64,000 nucleotides of DNA from an uncultured Bacilli bacterium. Lineage in GTDB: Bacteria > Bacillota_I > Bacilli_A > RF39 > UBA660. The stretch covers positions 73,829 to 137,828 of the forward strand of contig CAJUCD010000002.1 in NCBI GenBank assembly GCA_910585045.1, read 5' to 3'. A program made the position numbers and the translations under genes. Positions 27,127 to 37,918 of this stretch are shown in pieces. Under the pieces are notes generated by a model that was given only the letters and a program-made list of their open reading frames with translations, was not told where the DNA came from and ran no database searches. Every line of letters begins with the position of its first letter. Within the stretch, counting starts at the first letter, position 1.

Positions 27127-28360
27127 GAGTACTAAGATTATATTGTTAGTTGGGGTGTTGTCTTTTATTGTTTTTTTAGTAGTAGCATATTTTCATTATC
27201 AAGGTAGTTCAGATATAGTATTTTTGACCTCAAAAGATTCTTATGCAGATAATTATGCTAAAAAGCATTTTTTGGATGTTGAATATGTTTCTAATATGGA
27301 AAAGAATAAGTATCAAAGAAAATTAGAAAATTTTGATTATAAAATTGATAAGGGAATTACTATTACAGGTTATAAAGGTAAAAGTTCAAGATTAGTAGTG
27401 CCAGCTGTTATTAGGGGCATAAAAGTTTTAGAAATAGAGGCAGATATATTAAATAATAAAAATATTGAAACATTAGTATTATCTAGTAATATAGAAAAAA
27501 TAGATAAAGAAAAATTTAAGAGTGTTAATATTGAATGTTTTGCTAATTCTTTTTGTTTAGAGTTAAAAGAAACAGATGGCATGAATGTAACAATTTTAGA
27601 TGATTCAGAATTTGTAGATTTTAATAATTATTTAGATGAATATGCTTATGAGTTAAATGATGGCCAAGTAGAAATTATAAGGTATGATGGTCAAGATTCT
27701 TATCCAATAATTCCTAATACTATCAATGGTTATCAAGTTAAAACTATAACTTTTGCGGCTAATAATATTAAAGGTATATATATTCCTGATACAGTAGATT
27801 ATATAGGAAATAACTTTATTATGAAGCATTTAAATAGAACGTATTTAACGGTGGTTTTAGGTAATTTAGGGGCTTTGATAATATTTGTAGTTGTAAATAT
27901 ATTTAATAAGAGTAAAAAATTAGAAGAGATAAGCGCTAATTCAATTATTAGTATTATAAGTATAATATATTTAGGAATTATTTATTATTTTTCTTATAAT
28001 ATAAATATATTTTTAGACTATAAATGGTATATTATAAAGACATTAATCGGAACATTTATTTATATTTTACTCATAGTTTCTCTTTATTTAGGATTAAGTA
28101 ATAGAAAGAAATATACTAGTAGTATTAAATATAAAAAAGAGTTTTTAAATGAAACATTAAATTTGTTAGATGATGTTGATTCAAATGATGAATATAATTT
28201 AAGAGAGTTAATTAGATATTCAGAACCAATATCTACTGACCAAGTAAAAGATATAGAATATAAAATCCTAGAATTAATTACAAATATAAGTAAAGATAAT
28301 GTAGAGGAAATAAAAAAGCTTATTAAGAAAAGAAATAATGTTTTAAAGCAAAATAAATAA
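27116..28360 (+). CDS. Membrane protein with an extracytoplasmic BspA-type leucine-rich repeat region, 3-4 further TM helices and a C-terminal coiled-coil tail.
   Basis: BspA-LRR-like spacing: ITITGYKGKSSRLVVPAVIRGIKVLEIEADIL...IIPNTINGYQVKTITFAANNIKGIYIPDTVDYIGNNFI. Overlaps the SPFH gene by 11 nt. Confidence 0.5.
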   Translation: MMSKSTKIILLVGVLSFIVFLVVAYFHYQGSSDIVFLTSKDSYADNYAKKHFLDVEYVSNMEKNKYQRKLENFDYKIDKGITITGYKGKSSRLVVPAVIRGIKVLEIEADILNNKNIETLVLSSNIEKIDKEKFKSVNIECFANSFCLELKETDGMNVTILDDSEFVDFNNYLDEYAYELNDGQVEIIRYDGQDSYPIIPNTINGYQVKTITFAANNIKGIYIPDTVDYIGNNFIMKHLNRTYLTVVLGNLGALIIFVVVNIFNKSKKLEEISANSIISIISIIYLGIIYYFSYNINIFLDYKWYIIKTLIGTFIYILLIVSLYLGLSNRKKYTSSIKYKKEFLNETLNLLDDVDSNDEYNLRELIRYSEPISTDQVKDIEYKILELITNISKDNVEEIKKLIKKRNNVLKQNK

Positions 28361-28382
28361 GTATCTTAATTGATACTTTTTT
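28359..28382 (+). terminator. Rho-independent terminator ending the TIR/SPFH/LRR transcription unit.
   Basis: Hairpin AAGTATC-TTAATT-GATACTT followed by a T-run. Confidence 0.6.
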
Positions 28383-28409
28383 AAATATTTTAAAATTAGC
28401 AGTTATATA

Positions 28410-28438
28410 TTGACAAGTGCTAAGCATAATATTATAAT
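28410..28438 (+). promoter_or_regulatory. Consensus sigma-A promoter of the hrcA operon (TTGACA-N17-TATAAT).
   Basis: Exact -35 and -10 hexamers with a 17-nt spacer. Confidence 0.7.
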
Positions 28439-28442
28439 GGTA

Positions 28443-28469
28443 TTAGCACTGAAGGTTAGTTAGTGCTAA
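28443..28469 (+). promoter_or_regulatory. CIRCE operator (HrcA binding site).
   Basis: TTAGCACTG-N9-TAGTGCTAA, compared with the consensus TTAGCACTC-N9-GAGTGCTAA. Confidence 0.8.
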
Positions 28470-28485
28470 TTGTATAGGTGATGGC

Positions 28486-29490
28486 ATGGACGAAAGAAAA
28501 AAAGATATTTTAAAAGAAATAGTAGAAAGTTATATTAAAGAAGCAAAGCCTATAGGCTCTAAGCATTTATGTGATAAGTTTAAATGTTCTAGTGCAACAA
28601 TTAGAAATGAAATGGCTGTTTTGGAAAGTCTAGGCTATATTGAGAAAAATCATATATCTAGTGGTCGTATTCCAAGTGAGCTAGGTTATAAGTATTATGT
28701 AGAATATTTAATGAAACCAAAAGAATTAACTGGTGAAGATATGTTAAAATTACAAACTATATTTTCCAATCAAAATTTAATGGTTAGTGAAGCTATAGAG
28801 GCTTGTTTAGAAATTATTAGTGATATAACTAATTATACTAGTGTAAGTTTAGGGAAAGAAAGCTATAATAATACTTTAAAACAAATTTCAATTATACCAC
28901 TTGATGAACATAAAATAGTAGCTCTGGTTTGTACTGATAAAGGAATTGTTAAAAATAAACAGTTTGTTCTTAATCAGGGTATTAATTTAAAAGAGTTAAT
29001 GAAAACTAGTGAAATAATTAATAAAATGTTGATAGGTACACCAATACCAGATATTTCAGAAAGATTAGAGTATGAAATTAAGCCAATTATTTCTCGAGAG
29101 ATGGAACAATATGAAGCGATATATGGAATATTTTATGAAGCTTTTAGTGACTTTGTAAAAAATCAAGAGAATGTACATGTAGTTGGTAAATCAAAAATGT
29201 TAGCCCAACCAGAGTATAATGATTCAGAAGAAATTAAACGTTTAATTTCTAAATTAGAAGATGAAAGTTCTATTCGAAAAATTGTACAAAATGATGATGA
29301 TAAAAATATTAGTATATATATTGGTAGCGAGTCTGATTTTGATGATAATGTAACAGTAATTAAAACAAATTATAAATTAGGTGGCGAGGAAGGAACTATA
29401 GCAATAATTGGTCCTAAACGTATGGAATATGACCGGGTTGTAGGAGTATTAGATAAATTAAATAAATGGCTAGAGGAAAAAGGTGAATAA
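28486..29490 (+). CDS. hrcA: Heat-inducible transcription repressor HrcA.
   Basis: HrcA N-terminal wHTH (ATIRNEMAVLESLGYIEKNHISSGRIPSELGYKYYV) and the CIRCE upstream. Confidence 0.9.
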   Translation: MDERKKDILKEIVESYIKEAKPIGSKHLCDKFKCSSATIRNEMAVLESLGYIEKNHISSGRIPSELGYKYYVEYLMKPKELTGEDMLKLQTIFSNQNLMVSEAIEACLEIISDITNYTSVSLGKESYNNTLKQISIIPLDEHKIVALVCTDKGIVKNKQFVLNQGINLKELMKTSEIINKMLIGTPIPDISERLEYEIKPIISREMEQYEAIYGIFYEAFSDFVKNQENVHVVGKSKMLAQPEYNDSEEIKRLISKLEDESSIRKIVQNDDDKNISIYIGSESDFDDNVTVIKTNYKLGGEEGTIAIIGPKRMEYDRVVGVLDKLNKWLEEKGE

Positions 29491-30040
29491 ATGGATGAGA
29501 ATGTAAAAATAGCAGAGGAAGTAAAAGAAGATACTGTTATGGAAACTTCTGTAAAAGATGAGAAAAAGAAAGATAAAAAGAAAAAATTTATCGATAAAGA
29601 AAAAGAAGAATTGAAGAATGCTAATCTAGAACTAAAAGAAAAAGTTTTAAGAATAACTGCTGATATGCAAAATATGCGTCGTCGTTATGATTTAGATTTG
29701 GCGCAAGCTTATAAATATGATGGTTTTGATTTAGTAGAGAAAATATTACCAATTCTAGATAATTTTGAGAGAGCTTTAAAAATTAAATCGGAAGGAAATG
29801 AGAAATTTTTAGAAGGCTTTAAAATGATTTATGAAAATTTAATAGCAATATTAAGTTCAAAAGGTATTACAGAAATAGATTGTTTAAATAAGGAGTTTGA
29901 TCCTACTGTAATGAATGCAGTAGTAACAGAAGCAAATAATGATGTAATGGAAAATACAGTATTAGAAGTTTTACAAAAAGGCTATATGTATAATGATAGA
30001 TTGATGCGTCCAGCAATGGTTAAGGTTAGTTGTAGAGAGA

Positions 30041-30054
<14 letters not shown>
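29491..30054 (+). CDS. grpE: Nucleotide exchange factor GrpE.
   Basis: GrpE coiled-coil and the C-terminal beta-domain motif MRPAMV. Confidence 0.85.
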
Positions 30055-32423
<2,369 letters not shown>

Positions 32424-32428
32424 AGGCA

Positions 32429-32455
32429 AGTTCTAGGAAACTAGAACTTTCTGTT
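32429..32455 (+). terminator. Hairpin / partial terminator between dnaK and pepF.
   Basis: AGTTCTAG-GAAA-CTAGAACT followed by TTCTGTT, an interrupted T-run. Confidence 0.4.
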
Positions 32456-32472
32456 AGCTCGAAAGGATAACT

Positions 32473-34266
32473 ATGGCAAAATTAAGAGAAGATTATGAAG
32501 AAAAGTTAAAGTGGAATGTTAAAGATTTGTTTGCATCTGAAGATGATTATTTAAAGATGGTTGATGAATTAAGTTCTTCATTAGAAAAGTTTAAAGTTTT
32601 TAAAGGTAAATTATTAAGTAGTGCTAAGACATTGTATGATTTTTTGAGTTTTGATAATAACTTTAATAGTAATTTAGAACAAGTTTATATTTATGCTCAT
32701 ATTCAAAATGACCAAGATACTACTAATACTAAGTATCAAGCGATGTATGGTAAAGCATATAAATTATATGAGCGATATAATGAAGAAACAGCTTTTGTTA
32801 TTCCAGAATTATTAAAAGGTGATTTTAGTACTATTAAAGAATTTATAAAAGAATGCAAAGAATTAGAAGATTATGAACGAGAACTAAAAGATATTTTTAA
32901 GTTTAAAGCTCATACTTTAAGCGATGAAGAAGAACGATTATTATCATCACTATCTAGTGCATTTAAAACTCCTGATGATGTTTTCTCGATGCTTACTGAT
33001 GCAGATTTGAAATTTGGAGATATTGTTAATGAAGATGGTAAAAGTGAAGAATTAACAGAAAAAAGTTATCGTAAATTTATTGAAAGTAGTAATCGTAATG
33101 TAAGAAAGAAAGCCTTTAATAAATTATTAGAGACTTATGGTAATTATAAAAATACTTATGCGTCTTTATTAGCAAGAGAAGTAGGTCTTAATAATAAAAA
33201 AGCTGAAATAAGACATTATGGTAGTGCTTTGGAGTCTTCTTTATATCGTAATGATATTCCAGTAGAAATATATGATAATTTAGTAAATTCAGTAAAAAGA
33301 AATGTTAAGCCTTTATCTATGTTTTGGAATTTAAAAAAGAAAGCCTTAGGAGTTACTAAATTGCATTTATATGATGCTAATGCGCCAATAACTAAGATGG
33401 TTACTCATCATTATAGTGTAGATGAGGCTAAAGATTTATTAATGAAATCTTTGAGACCTTTAGGCGAGACTTATTTAAATGACTTGAACCGAGCTTTTGA
33501 AGAAAGATGGATAGATTTTTGTTCAAATGATGGAAAGAGAAATGGAGCTTATTGTACAGCTTGTTATAATGTGCATCCTTATGTATTATTAAGTTTTGAT
33601 GGTTCACTTAATAATGTTTCTACTTTAGCTCATGAACTTGGGCATGCAATGCATTATCATTATGCTATTAAAAATCAAAAGTATCAAGATTATGGTTATT
33701 CTATTTTTGTAGCAGAGGTAGCTAGTCAAGTAAATCAGATTTTGCTTAGTAAATATTTAATTAGTAAATCAAGTGATAAAGAAGAAAAAAAGTATTTAAT
33801 TGATGATTTAATTAGAGATTTTAAAGCAACAATTTATCGTCAGACAATGTTTGCAGAATTTGAAAAATTAATTCATGAAAAAGAAGCTAGTGGAGAAATA
33901 CTTACTTATGATGTTATGTGTGATATTTATTATAATTTGAATAAGGAATATATGGGACGTAATATTGTAGTTGATGATGTTATAAAATATGAGTGGGAAA
34001 GAGTTCCTCATTTCTATATGAATTTTTATGTGTATCAGTATGCCACTGCTTATGCGGCAGCAATTAAAATTGCTCAAGATATATTGAATAATAAGTCTGG
34101 GGCAGTAGAGAAATATTTAGAATTTTTAGGTTTAGGTTGTACTAAAACTCCTATTGATTCTTTACTAGTTGCAGGTGTTGATATGACTAAGCAAGAAACT
34201 TTAGATGAAGCATTTAAATATTTCTTGGAACTAGTAAAAGAGTTAGAAAATCTATATAATGAATAG
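32473..34266 (+). CDS. pepF: Oligoendopeptidase F (M3B).
   Basis: M3 signature HELGHAMH and a length of about 600 aa. Confidence 0.85.
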   Translation: MAKLREDYEEKLKWNVKDLFASEDDYLKMVDELSSSLEKFKVFKGKLLSSAKTLYDFLSFDNNFNSNLEQVYIYAHIQNDQDTTNTKYQAMYGKAYKLYERYNEETAFVIPELLKGDFSTIKEFIKECKELEDYERELKDIFKFKAHTLSDEEERLLSSLSSAFKTPDDVFSMLTDADLKFGDIVNEDGKSEELTEKSYRKFIESSNRNVRKKAFNKLLETYGNYKNTYASLLAREVGLNNKKAEIRHYGSALESSLYRNDIPVEIYDNLVNSVKRNVKPLSMFWNLKKKALGVTKLHLYDANAPITKMVTHHYSVDEAKDLLMKSLRPLGETYLNDLNRAFEERWIDFCSNDGKRNGAYCTACYNVHPYVLLSFDGSLNNVSTLAHELGHAMHYHYAIKNQKYQDYGYSIFVAEVASQVNQILLSKYLISKSSDKEEKKYLIDDLIRDFKATIYRQTMFAEFEKLIHEKEASGEILTYDVMCDIYYNLNKEYMGRNIVVDDVIKYEWERVPHFYMNFYVYQYATAYAAAIKIAQDILNNKSGAVEKYLEFLGLGCTKTPIDSLLVAGVDMTKQETLDEAFKYFLELVKELENLYNE

Positions 34267-34277
34267 AGGTAAATATT

Positions 34278-35405
34278 ATGAATAAAAGAGATTATTATGA
34301 AATTTTGGGTGTATCTAAAACAGCGACTGATGAAGAAATAAAACGTGCTTTTAGAAAGTTAGCTAAAACTTATCATCCAGATAATAAACAGACTGGTGAT
34401 GAAGCTAAATTTAAAGAAGTAGGCGAAGCTTATGCTATACTTTCAGACCCAACAAAAAGACGTCAATATGATCAATTTGGACATCAAGCATTTACTAATA
34501 ATGGTGGAGCTAATTATAGTGGATTTAGTGCAGAAGATATTGATTTAGGTGATATTTTAAATGATATATTTGGTGGAAACTTTGGAGGCTTTGGGAGTGG
34601 TTTTTCAGGCTTTGGTGGGTCTAGCAGAGGGAATTCTAAGAGACCTCGTAAAGGTGAAGATAGTTTAGTGAATGTTAATTTAACATTTGAGGAAGCAGCA
34701 TTTGGTTGTAAAAAAACTATTACATTAGATTTAAATGAGAAATGTTCCAAGTGTGATGGAGCAGGTGGCTTTAAAGAAACTACTTGTAAGACATGTAATG
34801 GCAGTGGACGTATTATAAGTGAGCAAAGATCTTTATTTGGAGTTTTTCAAACCCAAACTACTTGTACAGAATGTGGTGGCTCAGGTCGTACTTTTAAAGA
34901 TACTTGCACAGAATGTAATGGTAGAGGAAATGTTAGAAAGAAAAAAGATTTAGAAGTTACAATTCCTGAGGGTATAGATACAGGATATCAACTTCGTATT
35001 AGTGGTAAAGGTTCAGCAGGGGTAAATGGTGGACCAAATGGTGATATTTATTTAGAATTTAAAGTGCGTGAACATGAATTGTTTACAAGAGAAGATGAAG
35101 ATGTAATATTACGAGTTCCGCTTAATATTGCAGAAGCAATGTTAGGATGTAAAAAGGAAATACCAACTTTAACAGGTAACGTAATATTAGAGGTTAAGCC
35201 TGGTACTCAATCTAATGATAAAGTTAAACTTAAAGGTAAAGGTGTTAAGAAAGTTAATGGCATTGGAAAAGGCAATATGTTTGTTATTTTTGATGTGATT
35301 ATTCCAAATAAATTGTCAATGGCACAAAAAAGATTAGTAAAAGAATTACAAGAAACAGATTTAGAAGATGCTAGTGAATTTAAAGTTTTTAAAAAATATT
35401 TATAG
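34278..35405 (+). CDS. dnaJ: Chaperone DnaJ.
   Basis: J-domain with HPD, a G/F-rich region, and four CxxCxGxG repeats. Confidence 0.95.
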   Translation: MNKRDYYEILGVSKTATDEEIKRAFRKLAKTYHPDNKQTGDEAKFKEVGEAYAILSDPTKRRQYDQFGHQAFTNNGGANYSGFSAEDIDLGDILNDIFGGNFGGFGSGFSGFGGSSRGNSKRPRKGEDSLVNVNLTFEEAAFGCKKTITLDLNEKCSKCDGAGGFKETTCKTCNGSGRIISEQRSLFGVFQTQTTCTECGGSGRTFKDTCTECNGRGNVRKKKDLEVTIPEGIDTGYQLRISGKGSAGVNGGPNGDIYLEFKVREHELFTREDEDVILRVPLNIAEAMLGCKKEIPTLTGNVILEVKPGTQSNDKVKLKGKGVKKVNGIGKGNMFVIFDVIIPNKLSMAQKRLVKELQETDLEDASEFKVFKKYL

Positions 35406-35429
35406 AATAGGTTCTGCTATTCTTTTTTT
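35404..35429 (+). terminator. Rho-independent terminator after dnaJ.
   Basis: AGAATAG-GTTCTG-CTATTCT followed by T6. Confidence 0.7.
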
Positions 35430-35479
35430 GTTTTGACTAAATATTATGGGATATGATATAATTTATTAGTTAATAAGGA

Positions 35480-35953
35480 TTGATAATGATGACTTTAGAA
35501 AATAGCAAAATAGGATCAAATGCAAGTAATAGAAAAATTCCTGATAAACATGATGTATGGAATTCAGGGGCTATTGTTATTGATAAATATGGTAATGTTG
35601 CCAAAGAAGCTAAAATAGGTTATGATGATAATCACGGAGCAGCAACGGTTAGGGCGGCAGAAAGATTAAAAATTGTTCTTGATAAGGCAATGGGTGTAAT
35701 TGTTGCTAATAATGCTAATCTTTTAGATTTAGCAGTGTTTCATACTGAAGCTAAATGTTTATTTGTATTTTTGCCATCACATATAACTGAGATTCAGAAT
35801 CAAGCAATTCACGATGTATTTTTAAATAAGCAGGATTTTTGCTTATTTTTAATGCAAGGGGAAACTAGATATTCTAATATATCGTTTGTTGAATTTTATG
35901 AATTCTTAAATAAAATAACTGTTTTAGAAGAAACAGAAGGTATTAGTAGATAA
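35480..35953 (+). CDS. Hypothetical protein.
   Basis: ORF of about 155 aa with no known motif. Confidence 0.35.
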   Translation: MIMMTLENSKIGSNASNRKIPDKHDVWNSGAIVIDKYGNVAKEAKIGYDDNHGAATVRAAERLKIVLDKAMGVIVANNANLLDLAVFHTEAKCLFVFLPSHITEIQNQAIHDVFLNKQDFCLFLMQGETRYSNISFVEFYEFLNKITVLEETEGISR

Positions 35954-35982
35954 CATTATTTATAGATTTTTTGATTTTCAAA

Positions 35983-36011
35983 TTGACAATAAAAACAATT
36001 ATGTATATACT
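35983..36011 (+). promoter_or_regulatory. Sigma-A-type promoter TTGACA-N17-TATACT for the secreted-protein paralog A.
   Basis: Hexamers read directly. About 30 nt upstream of the ATG at 36041. Confidence 0.5.
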
Positions 36012-36040
36012 TAAAATAAGAGGGGAACGTTAATAAATAT

Positions 36041-37276
36041 ATGCGAGCAAAATATAAGAGAACTTTATTTTTTATTGGTGTTTTAATAGTTATGTGTGGC
36101 TTTGTGGGAGTGGCATATCTTTTTTATGATAAAGTTTTAAGTCCAGAAACTGATGTTGTAGTAGTAGAAGAATTATCTGTAAATTTTATAGATGGTTTTA
36201 AAGTTAATAGAGAAGGAGCATTTAATTTTTCAGTAACTAATAATGGTGATAAAGATATATATTATGAGATTCGTTATAATGAATTATTAGGATATCAAGA
36301 CAATATTAAGTACAGTTTAGTGTCACAAGATGCTAGTATAAATATTAGTAATGCAACTATTGATAAAGATAATAATAATTTAGCAGTGGGTATTTTGATT
36401 CCTAGCAGAGCTACTCAAAGTTTTACATTCAATGTTAGTGGTAATACTATTGCTTCATTTAATATTGAAATTAGAAAAGTTATGGATACAGATAAATATT
36501 TTTATACTACTATACTATCTAATAATAAAGTTAAAAAATCTAGTGTTACTAAAGTAGGCGAAGAAATAGCAGAAACAGATGAGGGATTAATTGAGGATAT
36601 TGATGATTTAGGTTTAACATATTATTTTAGAGGAAATGTTCAAAATAATTATGTGAAAATAGCTGAATCTTTATGGCGCATCATTCGTATTAATGGCGAT
36701 GGAACAGTAAAATTGGTTTTGGATGAAAATGTTAGTGAATTAGCTAATTATCATAGTGATATAGAAAATTTTGAAAGCTTAAAAGATGCTAGTATAAGTA
36801 CTTATTTAGCAAATTATTATGAAAGTAATTTGACTGAATATGATGATTATATTATAAATTATAAATATTGTATAGAAACAGAAAGTATTAGTAATACTAA
36901 TGAGAAATTGTATAATGGTTATACAAGATTAGTTACAAATAAAATTCCAACATTTAATTGTTTAGGAAGCCTACATAGTAGTAAAATTGGTTTATTAACA
37001 GCAGATGAAGTAATATATGCAGGAGCTAATTTTGAAAAAGAAAATAAAAGCTATTACTTATATAATAGTAAAATTGAGAATGTTTGGTGGACATCATCGC
37101 TTGCTAAAGCTAGTGCCACAGTATTTTATCCTTTTAGTGTTAATAGTAATGGAAAAGTAGAATATGCGACAAGCGGTATGTTATATCGTAATTTGAGACC
37201 GACTATTAATTTAATTAGAAAAACAGTAGTAAGTGGTAATGGTACGAAAGATAACCCTTATGAAATAAAGATATGA
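36041..37276 (+). CDS. Secreted/membrane-anchored protein, paralog A of a family with the conserved C-terminus RPxINL...SGNGTKDNPY.
   Basis: N-terminal signal anchor. Shared blocks with the 54557 ORF: YYFRGN..NY, WRIIRINGDGT, YAG, SYYLYN, and the C-terminal RPTINLIRKTVVSGNGTKDNPYEIKI. Confidence 0.6.
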   Translation: MRAKYKRTLFFIGVLIVMCGFVGVAYLFYDKVLSPETDVVVVEELSVNFIDGFKVNREGAFNFSVTNNGDKDIYYEIRYNELLGYQDNIKYSLVSQDASINISNATIDKDNNNLAVGILIPSRATQSFTFNVSGNTIASFNIEIRKVMDTDKYFYTTILSNNKVKKSSVTKVGEEIAETDEGLIEDIDDLGLTYYFRGNVQNNYVKIAESLWRIIRINGDGTVKLVLDENVSELANYHSDIENFESLKDASISTYLANYYESNLTEYDDYIINYKYCIETESISNTNEKLYNGYTRLVTNKIPTFNCLGSLHSSKIGLLTADEVIYAGANFEKENKSYYLYNSKIENVWWTSSLAKASATVFYPFSVNSNGKVEYATSGMLYRNLRPTINLIRKTVVSGNGTKDNPYEIKI

Positions 37277-37388
37277 TTTATCATGTCTTTTTGTTTTGTG
37301 TAAAGTAGATGAAAATAAAGTGTAAATGGTTGAATAATGCTTTTATATTGTTCGCTTTTCTGATAGAATATAAGTGTGTGGTGATATT

Positions 37389-37901
37389 ATGCAAATATTT
37401 AGTGATATAATAAATTTTATAAAGACTCTTTCTTTTGTAGATATAGTATTCTTTTTTGCGGTTTTAGCTTTAATGCTTTTAATTATTACTTTAATCTATT
37501 TTTTAAGAGAGAATAATGATAGTGATATTGAAGTTAATAAAAGTTCTGATAAGAAAGAATTAACAAGTGATGAAGCAGCATTACTTAGCTTAAAAGAATT
37601 AACTGAGGCTTTAGAGAATGCTGAGCCAAAAGAAGTTAATTTGAACCGTTATGAGGAAGAACAAGAAGAAAAAGCAATTATTAGTTATGAGGAACTACTA
37701 AATAGGAAAAATGATTTTGCTATTAATTATAGTGAAGAAGAAAATATTGATGAAGAACTTACAATTAAGAAAGTAGATTTAGATAACTTAATTAATAAAG
37801 AAGTTACAGAACCACAACATATAAGTGTAACTGTTATTTCTTATGATAAGGAAGAAGCTTTTTTGCAAGCTTTAAAAACATTACAACAAACACTTAATTA
37901 G
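37389..37901 (+). CDS. Acidic membrane-anchored protein, hypothetical.
   Basis: GGTGA RBS before the ATG at 37389. One TM helix, then an acidic Glu-rich tail. Confidence 0.4.
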   Translation: MQIFSDIINFIKTLSFVDIVFFFAVLALMLLIITLIYFLRENNDSDIEVNKSSDKKELTSDEAALLSLKELTEALENAEPKEVNLNRYEEEQEEKAIISYEELLNRKNDFAINYSEEENIDEELTIKKVDLDNLINKEVTEPQHISVTVISYDKEEAFLQALKTLQQTLN

Positions 37902-37918
37902 TGTTTTAGGGGGATATT

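Noticed and set aside
33868-34077. A minus-strand 69-aa ORF inside pepF, and similar small antisense ORFs inside dnaJ, recD2, glyA/queA and sufC.
   Set aside because: These are antisense artefacts within strongly supported genes.
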